NCBI RefSeq assembly: GCF_006345805.1
Contig: NC_043008.1
Span: 60,636,001-60,700,000 of the forward strand
DNA from: Octopus sinensis
Lineage: Eukaryota
Length of the DNA stretch: 64,000 nt
Reading direction: 5' to 3'
Positions 27,815 to 40,640 of this stretch are shown here, piece after piece. A program made the position numbers and the translations under genes. Positions within the stretch are counted from its first letter, which is position 1. Every line of letters begins with the position of its first letter. The notes under the pieces were generated by a model. The model was not told the DNA's origin. It made no database searches and was given only the letters and a program-made list of their open reading frames with translations.

Positions 27815-28095
27815 CTTTTACTTATTTCAATCATCTGACTGCGTTGCGTCCATGCTGGAGCACCGCCTTTAGTCGAATAAATCGACGCCAGGACAAATAC
27901 TTTGTAAGCCTAGTACTTGTTTTATCGGTCTCCTTTGCCAAACCGCTAAGTTACGGCAACGTAAGCACACCAATATCGTTTGTCAAGTGATGGTGGTGAA
28001 AGTGCTGGGACAAACACACACCGAAACACACACGTATATATAATATATGACGGGCTTCTTTCAGTTTGCGACAACTAAATACGTTCACAAGGCTA
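27815..28095 (-). mobile_element. Family A SINE (5'-truncated)
   Basis: catgctggagcaccgcctttagtcga...ccgctaagttacgg...gacgggcttctttcagttt. Confidence 0.88.
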
Positions 28096-28150
28096 TATAT
28101 ATATACATACATACATACATACATACATACATACATACATACACACACAC

Positions 28151-28181
<31 letters not shown>

Positions 28182-28389
28182 TGTATACACACACACAAAT
28201 ACGACCCAGCGACAGAAAGTGTACATGGTGAATCAAATTGGTAAAAATACCAGCCATATTAGCCTTAATTGAAACGCTATCTTGGAAATGGATTAGTCAT
28301 GAAAATTATTAACAAATGAAAGAGATATTCTCCAATTTTTGGCAACTCTAATCAATTGACTGCGTAAAACATTCGTTACACATGAATAT

Positions 28390-28765
28390 AGACGAACGAG
28401 TAGTTGTGTGATAATAGGTTTACTACCCAGCCACGTTGTTTCGGGTTCAGTCCTATTTTGTGATAACTTGGGCAAATGTCTTCCACTATAACCTAGAGTT
28501 GACTAAAGCCTTGTAAGTGGATTTGGTAGACGGAAACTGAATGAGGCCCATCGTATATATACTCTTTTACTCTTTTATTTGTTTCAGTCATTTGACTGCG
28601 GCCATGCTGGAGCACCGCCTTTAATCGAGCAACTCGACCTCGGGACTTATTCTTTTTGTAAGCCCAGTACTTATTCTATCGGTACTTTTGCCGAACCGTT
28701 AAGTAAACGGGGACATAAACAGACCAGCATCGGTTGTCAAGCAATGCTAGGAGGATAAACACACA

Positions 28766-28809
<44 letters not shown>

Positions 28810-29200
28810 TATATACGACGGGCTTCTTTTCAGTTTCCGTCTACCAAATCCACTCACAAGGCTTTGGTCGGCCCGTGGCTATAGTAGAAGACACTTGCCC
28901 AAGGTGCCACTCAATGGGACTGAAACCGGAACCATGTGGTTGGTAAACAAGCTACTTACCACACAGCCACTCCTATATTCATAGGCATATGTTTATGTGT
29001 GAGTGTCTGTGTTTGTCCTCTCACCATCGCTTGATAACCGATGTTTGTGTGTCTATGTCCCCGCTACTTAGCGAATCCGCAAAAGAGGCTGATAGAATAA
29101 GTACCAGGCTTACTAAGAATAGTCATGGGTTAATTTCTTTAAAGCAGTGCTACAGCATGACCGCAGTCAAATGACTGAAACGCGTAAAAATATAAAAGTA
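28390..29200 (+). mobile_element. Family A SINE split by a nested antisense copy
   Basis: The 5' half (28390-28556) ends gtggatttggtagacggaaactga...tcgtat; the 3' half (~28985-29200) ends gcagtcaaatgactgaaac. Confidence 0.88.
28561..28975 (-). mobile_element. Near full-length family A SINE nested in the central microsatellite of the + copy
   Basis: Runs from actcttttactctttt..tttcagtcatttgactgcggcc to caagctacttaccacacagccactcct. Confidence 0.93.
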
Positions 29201-29439
29201 TAAAGGAATAAACAAACCAGACTTGGAATGCATCTATATATAGTCATATGAGTGTTAGTATGTTTCATTTTAGAAACAAGAGAAGTAGATCACCACGTAA
29301 AGGACATGTAATATTTTATATTCACTGAGATTGCTGTAGGATCCACTCGAGTGCCTAGAGTTTTGTACCAAGTAATTTTCCAAAACTCAGAGTGTGATTT
29401 GGCACGGTAGTAGGCATTTAGCAAAGTATAGTGTTACTG

Positions 29440-29572
29440 GACGCTCAGGAGAGGAAAGAAAGGAGGATTTAACGTTTCGAACAGAGCTCTTCTTCAGAAA
29501 CAAAGAAAAAGGAAAGGTCCAAGGAAGGGAAGACGGAGAAAGAACATCGCCAACGATACGCATGTGATCATA
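29440..29572 (-). mobile_element. Short Penelope-like-element-derived repeat fragment carrying a hammerhead motif
   Basis: Similar to 34870-35045 and 57860-58020 (shared ...gaagagc..tcgaaacgt....ctgagcg). The Penelope link is inferred from the ribozyme layout. Confidence 0.55.
29467..29501 (-). ncRNA. Candidate minimal type-I hammerhead ribozyme (canonical core)
   Basis: Minus strand: GTTT-CTGAAGA-A-GAGC-TCT-GTTC-GAAA-CG-TT-AAAT. It has CUGANGA and GAAA boxes, a stem II, a short stem I and a palindromic AACGTT stem III. Confidence 0.55.
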
Positions 29573-29604
29573 TATGTATATAACTTTTTATAATACAGTG
29601 TATA

Positions 29605-29640
29605 GACCCGGGTAACGCTGGGTACCACTTGTTTTTTAGT
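29605..29640 (+). mobile_element. Helitron-like 3' terminus
   Basis: The hairpin cccgggtaacgctggg is followed ~14 nt later by ttag|t, similar to the 6325 terminus. The 5' end was not found. Confidence 0.4.
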
Positions 29641-31920
29641 TATCCTTTCTATATATATATATATATAATTCTTTTAATTTTTCTAAATTTAATTATTTAA
29701 TCGTTACAGTTGAAAAGGTCTCAAAATGACTGAAACCGGTACTGAAATGTTTTTTTATAAAATTATTTTAGCATTTTCTATTTTGACTTATTTTTTCATA
29801 TATATATATATCCATACATTTACACACGCACAAATTTATATTTATATTCTTGCATAAAGAAGAAATTCTATGTATGTACCCCATACATGTATACTGTCAC
29901 TCAAAATGTCTGCAGGCAGCGTGCTGTTGGCATATTAAAGGAAGAAAATGTAGTCAAGGGCCATCTTGTAGTTTACACTAATCAATTATTCCTTTGCTAC
30001 TTTCCCATCAATTCTGTCCTTGTCTTTTGCTTTCTCTGAGATTCTCTTCTACAGGAATACATCAATGCTATGTAATCAATATTGACAATGTGTAAGCTGC
30101 AGTTACATTAGCATTTTGGATGTTTACCAAAATGTCTCTTCAACGTATGACTCTTTATTGGCGTGGCTTTTCTGTTTTATTTTGTTTTTTTTTTGTATCT
30201 ATTTTGGAATTTTATTACCTTTATTTTATTTATTCGATATGTTTTTTTTGTTGCGTGATTTACATAACTTTTCCTTCTTCCCCACGCTTTACATGCATCA
30301 TGGTTTACATACATCAAAATACGATAACTCACTAGGATAAATTCGTGCGTACACATTACACCCGTACGCGTGCATCTTTTTCTAGTTTCGATATATAAAT
30401 AGCATATACATGCACAAACCTTATATCAGATACTCACACACACACAACTACACACACATACATGCATGTATATAACATACCACTTAGCAATACATAAGGC
30501 AGTTTCTCTATCTTTCTAAGAGTCATGATTTTCAGTCATATGCGAATGACTGCTTGGATCCAAGTCGATTTGTTATTCCAACCATTCGCGCGATGTCAAC
30601 ACTTCTTTTGTATTTTTGGAAAAATTTTATGTAATAGAACAGCTAAATATCCTTCGATGTATCATATAATCAATGTTTTATAGCTTCTATATTTTGTATA
30701 TTTAAGACCTATCTTTTCCGATAGCTTAATTCTCAAATACAATGCCATAGCAATAGCTAACAGTACAGTCCTTGTCAGCCATTACTGATTAAGTAGTTGG
30801 CATTTTTAAATAAGGATTCTAGTGCTTAGATTCGCGACAGACAATCCACCAAACACAAAAACAGACAGGCATACATGTATGTGTGCATGTAATACAGGCA
30901 TACTTACTTATGCCTATCTGTACTTTAATATACATAAGAAATACATGATTAGATACATGTTAGACAAGCGGATGTAACTGTATGTAAGTATTTAAGTATC
31001 AGTAAGTGGTTATATATGTGTATATACGTGTGTGCGTGCGTTCGGTGTTTAAGTAGGTGCATAAATGCGTTTGTGCGTGTTCTGTGTGTGTGTTAATGTA
31101 TGTAAAATGCATGCACCGATAGATTTTACCGTGTCTTCGTGAATTTAATTGCATAGGTATTCATGTATTTGTGAGAATATATGGGCATGCTTTCGCCATT
31201 TGAACTAACACAATGACACAGGAGAAAGTGAGTGAGAGAGAGAGAGAGAGAGAGAGTGAGTGACAGAGGGAGGAGGCAGACAAACAGAGAGACAGACAAA
31301 CATACTGACAGAGACAGAGAAAATGGAGAGAGCTGTGGCTGAAATAGTCTTGCCTTCGTTTACAGATGCATAAATGGCGTAGGTCGAAATGATGTGTCAT
31401 ACTCAAAGATAATACATTCGTTCCGATCCACTATTGTAAAACAAAGACCTTATGATTGGAGCCCATCCCACTAAAACTTAAACCAAACTATACTTACTTA
31501 CAGTATACAACTTTATTGCATGGCATGTCCACTAGATATTTACATAAAATCGCATAGACATAAAAATGAAAAACAAAATGGCTTCATGTCTTTACAACTG
31601 TGTTCATGACAATATATAATGTTATTACTTTCAACTTATGATACTATATATCTTTCTCTACATCTCGAATTCTTTGTTAAAAAATTTCTCGCAGTATTTG
31701 TATACATTGCTATTACCAGTATTTTCAATGTTTTTATAAGTTATATAAACTTTGACAATCCATCTGGCACATAATCAAACTTCCTATCTGCTTATGAATT
31801 TACGCATACTGTGTGCACATTTCTACTTAGCTCCACCTCATTCCTCCCAGCGTCTGTGTCTCTCAACATATATATATAATATATATATATATATATTATA
31901 TATATATATATATACATACA

Positions 31921-31956
<36 letters not shown>

Positions 31957-32350
31957 CTATACATACATATATATATATATACATATATATATATACATAT
32001 ATACGATATATATATATATATACATACATATAGCATATATATATACATATATATGCCATATATATATATATCTATGTGTATATATATATGTATATGTATG
32101 TATATACTTACATACTATATATATATATACTATATATATATGTATATATATATATATATATGTAACCCAATCTATATATTAATTTCAGTGGAAATTCTCT
32201 CTTCTCCCCTCCTGGTGTCTCGCTTCTAATCAGACGCTCATGCAGCCAAAAGAAACGTAAACATCCAAACACACAGACGCATACATACACACGCACATAC
32301 GCACACACACTCACACACACATATATATATTATATATATATATATATATT

Positions 32351-32388
<38 letters not shown>

Positions 32389-33852
32389 ATAATAATTTCT
32401 GCGCTGGTATATAACTTGCTAATGAATAATCTATCGACTTTATTTTTATTTCTGTCTATCTGTATGTTGTTAACCTTGAGATTTATTGAAATAACATAAA
32501 GTAATGTAATAAAATATCATACGGATCACATACCTAAATATATTGATTCCCATAATCTCAAAATTTCAAATATATTACAGGAATATTCTTCATCGAGGAA
32601 ACACCAGTTACGAAATTACGAACTTAAAGGAATTTTTAATAATGACCACTAATTTCCGGTTACCGCTTCTAATACCGATCTTACGGAAACTCGGCAACAT
32701 ATATAAAAATTGATGACATAAAACCACAATACATTCCTATAAAAAGTATTGTTGGTCAGGATATAATGTATATTTGATGAAAATTTTCAGTAAACCATCG
32801 CTGTTCTGTGGATTTAGTAGATGTTGCTATCTCTATATTGTTTCCTTGTCTTATGGCATCGTTATCTTGAGTTTTCTTCTTCATCTGCGCTGCGTAGGTG
32901 ATCCTTGTTTATTGGCCCCCCTTTGTACGTTTCCTATCTATCTCCACAACTATTGGTTTTCACATTTACAACGCCTCGTACCCCAAGTGAATGCCTGTTG
33001 TGTCTAATAATTGATTTAATATATTACGTTGGCTGTTAGACTATGTATTACAAATGCTTGATTCTGGGTAAATACTCAATTATTTTTGAAATATATTATG
33101 TTTTTATCCATTTTAGAAATTAGACAGAATAAAAACAAAATTGGGTGATGTACCCAACTAGCAACGTCATTTAACTGGCCGTACAATATTTATAATAGAT
33201 GAGATGTGACATGTAATAATGAACGGTCTGTGGGTGAAGGGTTCGATGATCAGTTAATATTGAAGTTTCTGATAAACCCAACAAGCAATAAAACATGCTA
33301 CAGTTTAACGTTATTTGGTCTTCAACATATTACTCTTCAAATATCATTCAGTTCATTACAACCAACTGACTGTTGTACACGATTCCGCATATATTCTAGA
33401 CACATATTTGCTTCAAAATTTCCATTCTTTTCAGAAATGAAGCGTGACCACACTAATTCCCTTACATACATCTCTTAAAGGCTTTCACAAATGCAGTGCT
33501 GTAGGGACACAACTTCAAGTAACAGAGATTATCATTGAAGTTACGAACCAAAAATTATTTCTAGATCAGTAGAAAACACAATGCAATAAAATTATTCGAA
33601 GTATCAAAAATACTTTTTCAGGTTCTACCTTGAGGCGACGACGAACGGAAATGATAATTGCTTATAAAATCTGAGAAGGGCAAATTGACTCAAGAGCTTG
33701 TACAAGTAAATAGACACGACAGCATCCACAGAGTAATAGTTGACTCTCAAATGTTAAATTAAAAGCAGATATATGAGCTCTGCCTATTATGCGTACGCAT
33801 GTCATTATATTTCTGTGTTCGTGTCTTCAAAGATGCATACACGGGGACATTT

Positions 33853-33890
<38 letters not shown>

Positions 33891-34018
33891 TATATATATA
33901 TATATATTTATATTATATGTATTATATATATATTATACATATATTATATATCATGTATATATATATGCGTGTGAATATTTATTACAGATATATATATATA
34001 ATATATATATATATATCC

Positions 34019-34069
<51 letters not shown>

Positions 34070-34535
34070 ACATACACACATTCATACATACATATACATA
34101 TGTTAGTATATATATATATATATATATATATAAATATGATTACAAACATGCAAATATACATTCACGAACACACACAAATGTTTATATATACATACACAAA
34201 CACACAAATATATATGCGTATGATTATATGACACCAATTAACGAAGTATTCAACGAAAATCCTTAAAAAGGTTAGCTGTTAAAACTTTTTTAGATTGAAA
34301 TGAATAGGTAGCTAATTTGGAAGAGAATCGGTTGTACAAAAGGCAATATTTCATTGATGGACATTGAGATAAATAAACATGGAGATTTATAAACATCGCT
34401 AGTGTTGGAATGTGTTTGTATATATCGCGTTTGATAAGTTCTCGCTTTTGTTTTGAGTACGTAGCTATATATGTACGTATGTTTATATAGGTGTATGTGT
34501 CTAAGCTTATAAGTGTGCTTATGTGCGTATAGAAT

Positions 34536-34586
<51 letters not shown>

Positions 34587-34825
34587 CACTTGTACGCAAC
34601 TGTGTTTACGAATTGTATATATATGCATATAATTGCTCTTGTTCCACGTTGTTTGCATCCTTTCCTCTACCATGTTTTCGTTGTTTGTCTGTTTGTCTCT
34701 CTGTACAGATAAAAAAAAATCAAATATATGCGTGTGCAGTTGTGTGCGTATATGTATTGGTATATGCGTGACAGTTGTGCATATATATATATATATGTAT
34801 GTATATATATACATATACATGTCTG

Positions 34826-34869
<44 letters not shown>

Positions 34870-34872
<3 letters not shown>

Positions 34873-35045
34873 TGTTTCTCTTGTTTCTCTCCGTGTTTCT
34901 TTTCTGTGTATCTTTCTGTTGAAGAGCGTAGGCTCGAAACGTAAAAGACTTGTTTTATTTATATTCCTGAGCGCCATACTAATACAAATGTTTGTTTGCA
35001 TTCCACCTGCCTTCGTCTTTTGTTTATTTTCATAAAGCTTCCCGT
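34870..35045 (+). mobile_element. Short Penelope-like-derived repeat with hammerhead-like motif (34911-34948)
   Basis: TCTTT-CTGTTGA-A-GAGC-GTAG-GCTC-GAAA-CG-TA-AAAGA. It is homologous to 57860-58020 over its length (ctgagcg..ctaata..tgtttgtt..ccacctgcct..gtcttttgttt) and is embedded in (TA)n. Confidence 0.65.
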
Positions 35046-35087
<42 letters not shown>

Positions 35088-35223
35088 TGTGTATGTGTGT
35101 GTATGTGTATGTGTGTGTGTATGTGTGTGTGTGTGTGTACATATATACATACATATATAGTCAATAAAACATATATCAGGAAAGAAGCACACTCGAAAGT
35201 ATAGAGCTGCAATTATTAAAACA

Positions 35224-35571
35224 AAAATTTAAATTTTGGTCGTAGATTTGCCGCAGGTTTCGTATCCTCGAAAGCCACAAACTTGTGGACAAGTCGTCAG
35301 ACTCTATACAAAGACAGAAGAAAAAAAATTCTCCGACGCGCACATAAGGAAACGCTCTAATATCAAGATTTATCGGCTAAAACTATAAAAGATTTATCTC
35401 ATAAAAAGCCGTTCTCATTAACGGTTTTATACGTTAGCGTTTAAATCTTGATATCTCAGGTTCTCGTGGTAGAAACTCTAAATTCGTCTGTCTTTGTACA
35501 GAGTCTAACGAGGCTGTGGCTTTCGTTAGTACGAAACCTTTGCTAACTCTCTCACCAGAATTTAACATTTT
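35224..35571. mobile_element. Degenerate foldback/MITE
   Basis: Nested inverted matches: aggtttcgta/tacgaaacct, cgaaagccaca/tgtggctttcg, agactctatacaaagacaga/tctgtctttgtacagagtct, atatcaagattta/taaatcttgatat. Confidence 0.8.
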
Positions 35572-35577
35572 CTTCAT

Positions 35578-35653
<76 letters not shown>

Positions 35654-35674
35654 GGATATACATCTCTGTATATG

Positions 35675-35705
<31 letters not shown>

Positions 35706-36864
35706 TACACATCATATAATGATGTAAATGTGTATGAGATTTATATATATGTGATAATACATATATACATATATTCATATATAGGTTTCATACACATTTA
35801 CATCATTGCACATATTCACGAGTACACCACAGATGTATGCGTAATTGTGTATGCATAAATGAATATGCAATTGCAATTTCCAAGTTATAACCTCTTAAAT
35901 AAGTAGATTACTACAGTCGAAGTACTTCAGACTTTCTTTTACGTTTGAAAATTGTTTCAGACAAGTATAAAATCCATGGAAGACACCAATGATATGAGTT
36001 TAATATTGTATATTTGTTGGTTGAATACGCTTTGTCATTCGCAGCTCCATTATTTATAATCTCTTATGTAAATTCGAATAGAATATTCTCGCTTGCTGTA
36101 TTCGTTTGTGTTTGAGGTGGTATTGCGCTGATGGTGTTAATGGAGTTAGTGTTTGGCTCACTCGCTGCTCCAACCGAGAAACCAGTTAAATAATGTAAAA
36201 TCTCCTAACCGTGACCACCACATAAAGTCTATAAAACTTAGTGTTATAATAACACTATAGTTTGCTTGTCTGCTCATCCGTTTTCTCAATACTTTGTGTC
36301 TATGCATCTCTCTGTGGCTCTCTATCCAATTATCTGTGTCTCTATATCTAAAGCGATCCAGTAGTCCATCCAGCAATCCATCATCAGCATTCAGTTCATC
36401 AGTTGTTTCAAGTCCATCTCTTCTTTTGTTCAGACATGTCAGACCCAATCTATTTCTAAGCGATCAAAAAATCTCTTTATTCTCAAAACGGTAGTCTTAC
36501 TTCAGTAAAATTTGGTTCTTGTTTTCTAACGAATCGTATGTCCAGATACAGGCGCCCTCGTTGTACAACAGGTCAAAATTTAATGAGGTGAAAGGTTTTT
36601 AATTTTTTGCAACTTCCTTTCTAGAATTTTATTTGTACTATAAAAATGGGTTGTTATGTGATGGAACACTTTCATAATTATCGCAATTTCCGAGAGTATA
36701 GCTTGAACGTTATAGATTAGTCTTAAGTAATAGGAAAAATGATTATACAATGACACGCTTTATTATGATTTCCGCGGCCATTACTACTTCACAATAATGT
36801 TTCTTTTCATTTAAAAAAGTCAATGTTGATATGATCCTGGTTGATATCTATAAGTGAATTCTTT

Positions 36865-37255
36865 TATTCTTTTATTCTCTTACTTGTTTCAACATTTCAC
36901 TGCAGCCATGCTGGAGCACCGTCTTAAAAGTTTGTAGTCGAAGAAATCGACACCAGGAATTATTTTTTGTAAGCCTATTACTTATTCTATTGGTCTCTTT
37001 TCCCAAACCGCTAAGATACAGGGACATAAACACTCCAACATCGGTTGTCAAGCGATGGCGAGAGGACAAACATAGACACATAAATATATATATAAGACGG
37101 GCTTCTTTTAGTTTCCGTCTACCAAATCTATTCACAAGGCATTGGTAGGCCCGAGGCTATAGTAGAAGACATATTATCAAGTTACCACGCAGTGGGACAG
37201 AATCCGGGACCATGTGATTGGGAAGCAAGCTTCTTACTACAACCACGACTGCGCA
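36865..37255 (-). mobile_element. Family A SINE
   Basis: gcagccatgctggagcaccg...gtttccgtctaccaaatc...ccgaggctatagtagaagac...ccacgcagtgggac. Confidence 0.9.
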
Positions 37256-37804
37256 TGCTTTTTAAGCTTATGTATTCACGTATGTACATCGCACACACAC
37301 ACAAGCACACACACATATGCACACAATTACTGATGTACATTATATCAGTGAGGAAGAGAGTACTTGGCGTATGTTAAATATGGTTTATTTAAACTGAATA
37401 CGTTTAACTTGAATTTCATTCTCCAACGATATTCTTTTACGTATGTTGTGTTCTGTAGGTTACGCACACATTTGTAGACAATGACAACAAATATATGAAT
37501 GGACATATAATACAATTACCATTTTCAGAAAAATCTATCCATATTTCTAAATTTTTATCTATTATCTTTCTTTATATGTATCAGTTACATTCTCTGATTA
37601 AATATATATATTCTTCTTTGACCCTCTATAATCTATTTAATAATATATCTATTTGATAGTTGTGTTAAGTTTATATTCGTACAACAGCCATACTTGACGT
37701 GCGACCACAAACAACTAGACCAGTCAGCTAATAAATACTTCAGTCTAAAATGTTTCAATTTAAACTTACTGCACATTACCTCGCCATAGCAATAACTATT
37801 TACA

Positions 37805-38128
37805 TCTTCTACGCATTGAGTATTTCCGTCGTCAGACTGCGGTGATGCCGAGGCACTTCCTTGAAGGATTTAATCGACTCCAGGGCGGTCTTAATATTTT
37901 AAAGCTTGATAGTTCTATAGGTTATTTTGACGAACCGCCGGGTTATGGGAGCGTAAGCACACCGGCACCAGTGGAGGATAAACACAAACACAAAGACACG
38001 CACATAGATATATACATTTATATACATACATAAACACACACACACATATATATACACAACACACACACACACACACATATATAACACACCACACACACAC
38101 ACATATATATACACACACACACACACAC

Positions 38129-38190
<62 letters not shown>

Positions 38191-38365
38191 AATAATATAT
38201 ATAATTATATATACGGGCTTCTTTCTATCCCGTGTAGCAAATCCATTCACAACGTTTTGGAGAGCCCGAAGCTATAGTTGCAGATGCTTGGTCAACATTC
38301 CAGGGAGTGGGACTGAACCCGGAACAATGTGGTTGGGAAGAAAGCTTCTTACCAGCCAGCCACGC
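37805..38365 (-). mobile_element. Diverged family A SINE with expanded central microsatellite
   Basis: cgaaccgccgggttatgggagcgtaagcacaccggcacc...acgggcttctttc...agtgggactgaacccggaacaatgtggttgggaag. Confidence 0.8.
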
Positions 38366-38679
38366 TTGTGCCAGTCAACAGAGCCACGTATACGCCTATC
38401 CCCTGCCACGCATGCGCCTAGTCACAGCCACACAAGCACCTACTCACAGTCACGCCTGAGCCCATATTTATTTCTACGTTTGGACACCAATAATACATTG
38501 ACTACAATTTACTAAAGCCTTAAAGAACATCGTGCATACTGAAGCAGAATCTCCTAGCATTATAGTGTGTGTATGTGTTTGTATGCATGTGTGAGTGTGT
38601 GTGTGAGTGTGTGGTTGTGTGTGTGTGTGTATTATACCAAATAAGAAATAAAATATTTATAACGTTAATTACAAAGGAA

Positions 38680-40260
38680 GTTTTTTGAGTCTTGTGACTA
38701 GCAATGACATTAATTAAATCCAATTGAGTTAACGTGCAAGACAGGTTTTGATTGCAAAGATCTCCAGGGAGATGATGTTATTTGGCACATCATTGATCTT
38801 GTAACATTTTTATAGAAGCCAAAGCTCTGACAGATCTTTCCGTCTGTGCAATTATGACTGCTAGGCCGCATAAAAAAGGATATATATATATATGTATATG
38901 AAATGCTATAAATTCATTAGGGAATGCTGCTTGAAGATGCAGCTCAGTAAGTTTGTTTAATAATTTAATTGTTGGAATCGGGGTTGGATAAACATTTTAT
39001 TTATGTATTGATTTTAAATGGAATATTTCAACTTTCATTATATCGATAATGTATATTTAACACAATTGATTAACATTGAGCTCAATCTAACCATTTGCTA
39101 TTTCAGGATATTCCCAAATGAATATAAATAAATTATTGAAATGTGATGCAGTATTGAACCGTCCTGCATTATTTGAAATAACCGAATGAAATATGGCGTA
39201 AAATACTTCTATCTTCAGCCTATCCTCGTCGGCAGAATTAATATATGCATCACTTCTCTCATATTCATCAAAGGATCTCATTTTCCTTCTCTCTCTTTGT
39301 CTCACTCTGTCTGTCTCTCTCTCCTCTTGTTAGCGAATTCTTTTGGGGCTCCAATGTTTTCGCCAACAACTTTAGCGTCACCATAAATGCTGCTTCATCA
39401 TTTTACTTTGAACAATTACATTAATCTAATAAAGTTCTTTAAACTGCTTAATTTTCCATCAGATATAGCATTTCCGGTTTGATGAACAATATGCCAACAT
39501 AAGTAGCTCTTATTAAACTCTGAATCCTTAATTAATGACATAGTAATGTATCTGAATAAATTAACATTGGAAATGTTTTCCAGGCAAGATTTAGAATAAG
39601 CATTAACATAGTCTTGCTTTTTGCCTTTTCTTTTTGCTTTTTGCAGGCCAGTAATGCCTAGCTCTGATGGAGTTGAGACTTACAATAGCCATGTTTTGGT
39701 GACCATGAAAAACCTACTGTGTTATGCAGTGAAGTTTTTTTCATAAGTTTTTTAAATAAAATTCCGTAGCTAACGACTACAATTATGTGGTAGATGTTCA
39801 GAACAGATCCATCAGATCCAAATATAGTCATCAATATATCAATCGACTGTACAAACTCTACTTAATTTGAGACTGATAGATATCTTTCGAAATCAGTATA
39901 GACTTCTCCCTTTCAAACATAGCGTGGTCTTTGCTCCTTTTTGACAGATATTTGACATTTAACTCTTTCGACATGACCGTAGACATTTTCTCCTTTTTGA
40001 CTATAGTCTTCTCTCGTCATCAATGAGCGTTTTTGCTCTAAAATACTATTCCATTTACCAAAGCGGAGCATACCATCCAGTGTTGGTTGTAGAAGTTTCT
40101 TCAAAAAATTTGTTTGGGCTTGAATACTTCGAAAGAAAAGAAAACCATTAATTGATTTATGCAGTAATCACGATGCCAAGTTTCATCAGCTGCCCTAACA
40201 AAATATGAAATGAACCCAAATATCATTCTTTAAGAATGAACTCTGTTGCGTAGAAAAGTT
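38680..40260 (-). pseudogene. Decayed hAT-superfamily transposase (includes C-terminal dimerisation domain)
   Basis: Minus-strand fragments: RRKMRSFDEY...EDRLKIEVFYAIFHSVISNNAGRF; IKLLNKLTELHLQAAFPNEFIAFHI / FLCGLAVIIAQTERSVRALASIK / NVTRSMMCQ / LEIFAIKTCLAR / DLINVIASHKTQK. These match the hAT pattern FPN..IALRI..TLPV..AS.ERSFS.L..IK..LRS.M.Q. There are many stops and frameshifts. Confidence 0.85.
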
Positions 40261-40302
40261 TCTCTTTAGAAGATATGTGAAAAAGTAAAAAAAAAACCTT
40301 TT

Positions 40303-40640
40303 ACTTTTTTACTTGTTTCAGTCATTTGACTGCAGCCATGCGGAAGCATCGCCTTTAGTCGAGCAAACTGACCCCAGGATTTATTTTTTGTAAGCCTAGT
40401 ACCTATTCTATTGGTCTCTTATGCCGAACCGCTAAGTTACGGTGACGTAAACAAACCCAACATCAGTTGTCAAGCGATGTTGGGGGAACAAACACACACA
40501 AACATATACACACATACATGTATATATACATATATACGACGAGCTTCTTTCAGTTTCCTTCTATCAAATCTACTCTCAAGGCTTCGGTCGGCCAGAGGCT
40601 ATAGTAGAAGACACTTGCCCAAGGTAGTCACTCCTGTGCC
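40303..40640 (-). mobile_element. Family A SINE with head deletion, at the edge of the hAT fossil
   Basis: acttgtttcagtcatttgactgcagcc...gccgaaccgctaagttacgg...gctatagtagaagacacttgcccaaggt. Confidence 0.9.
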
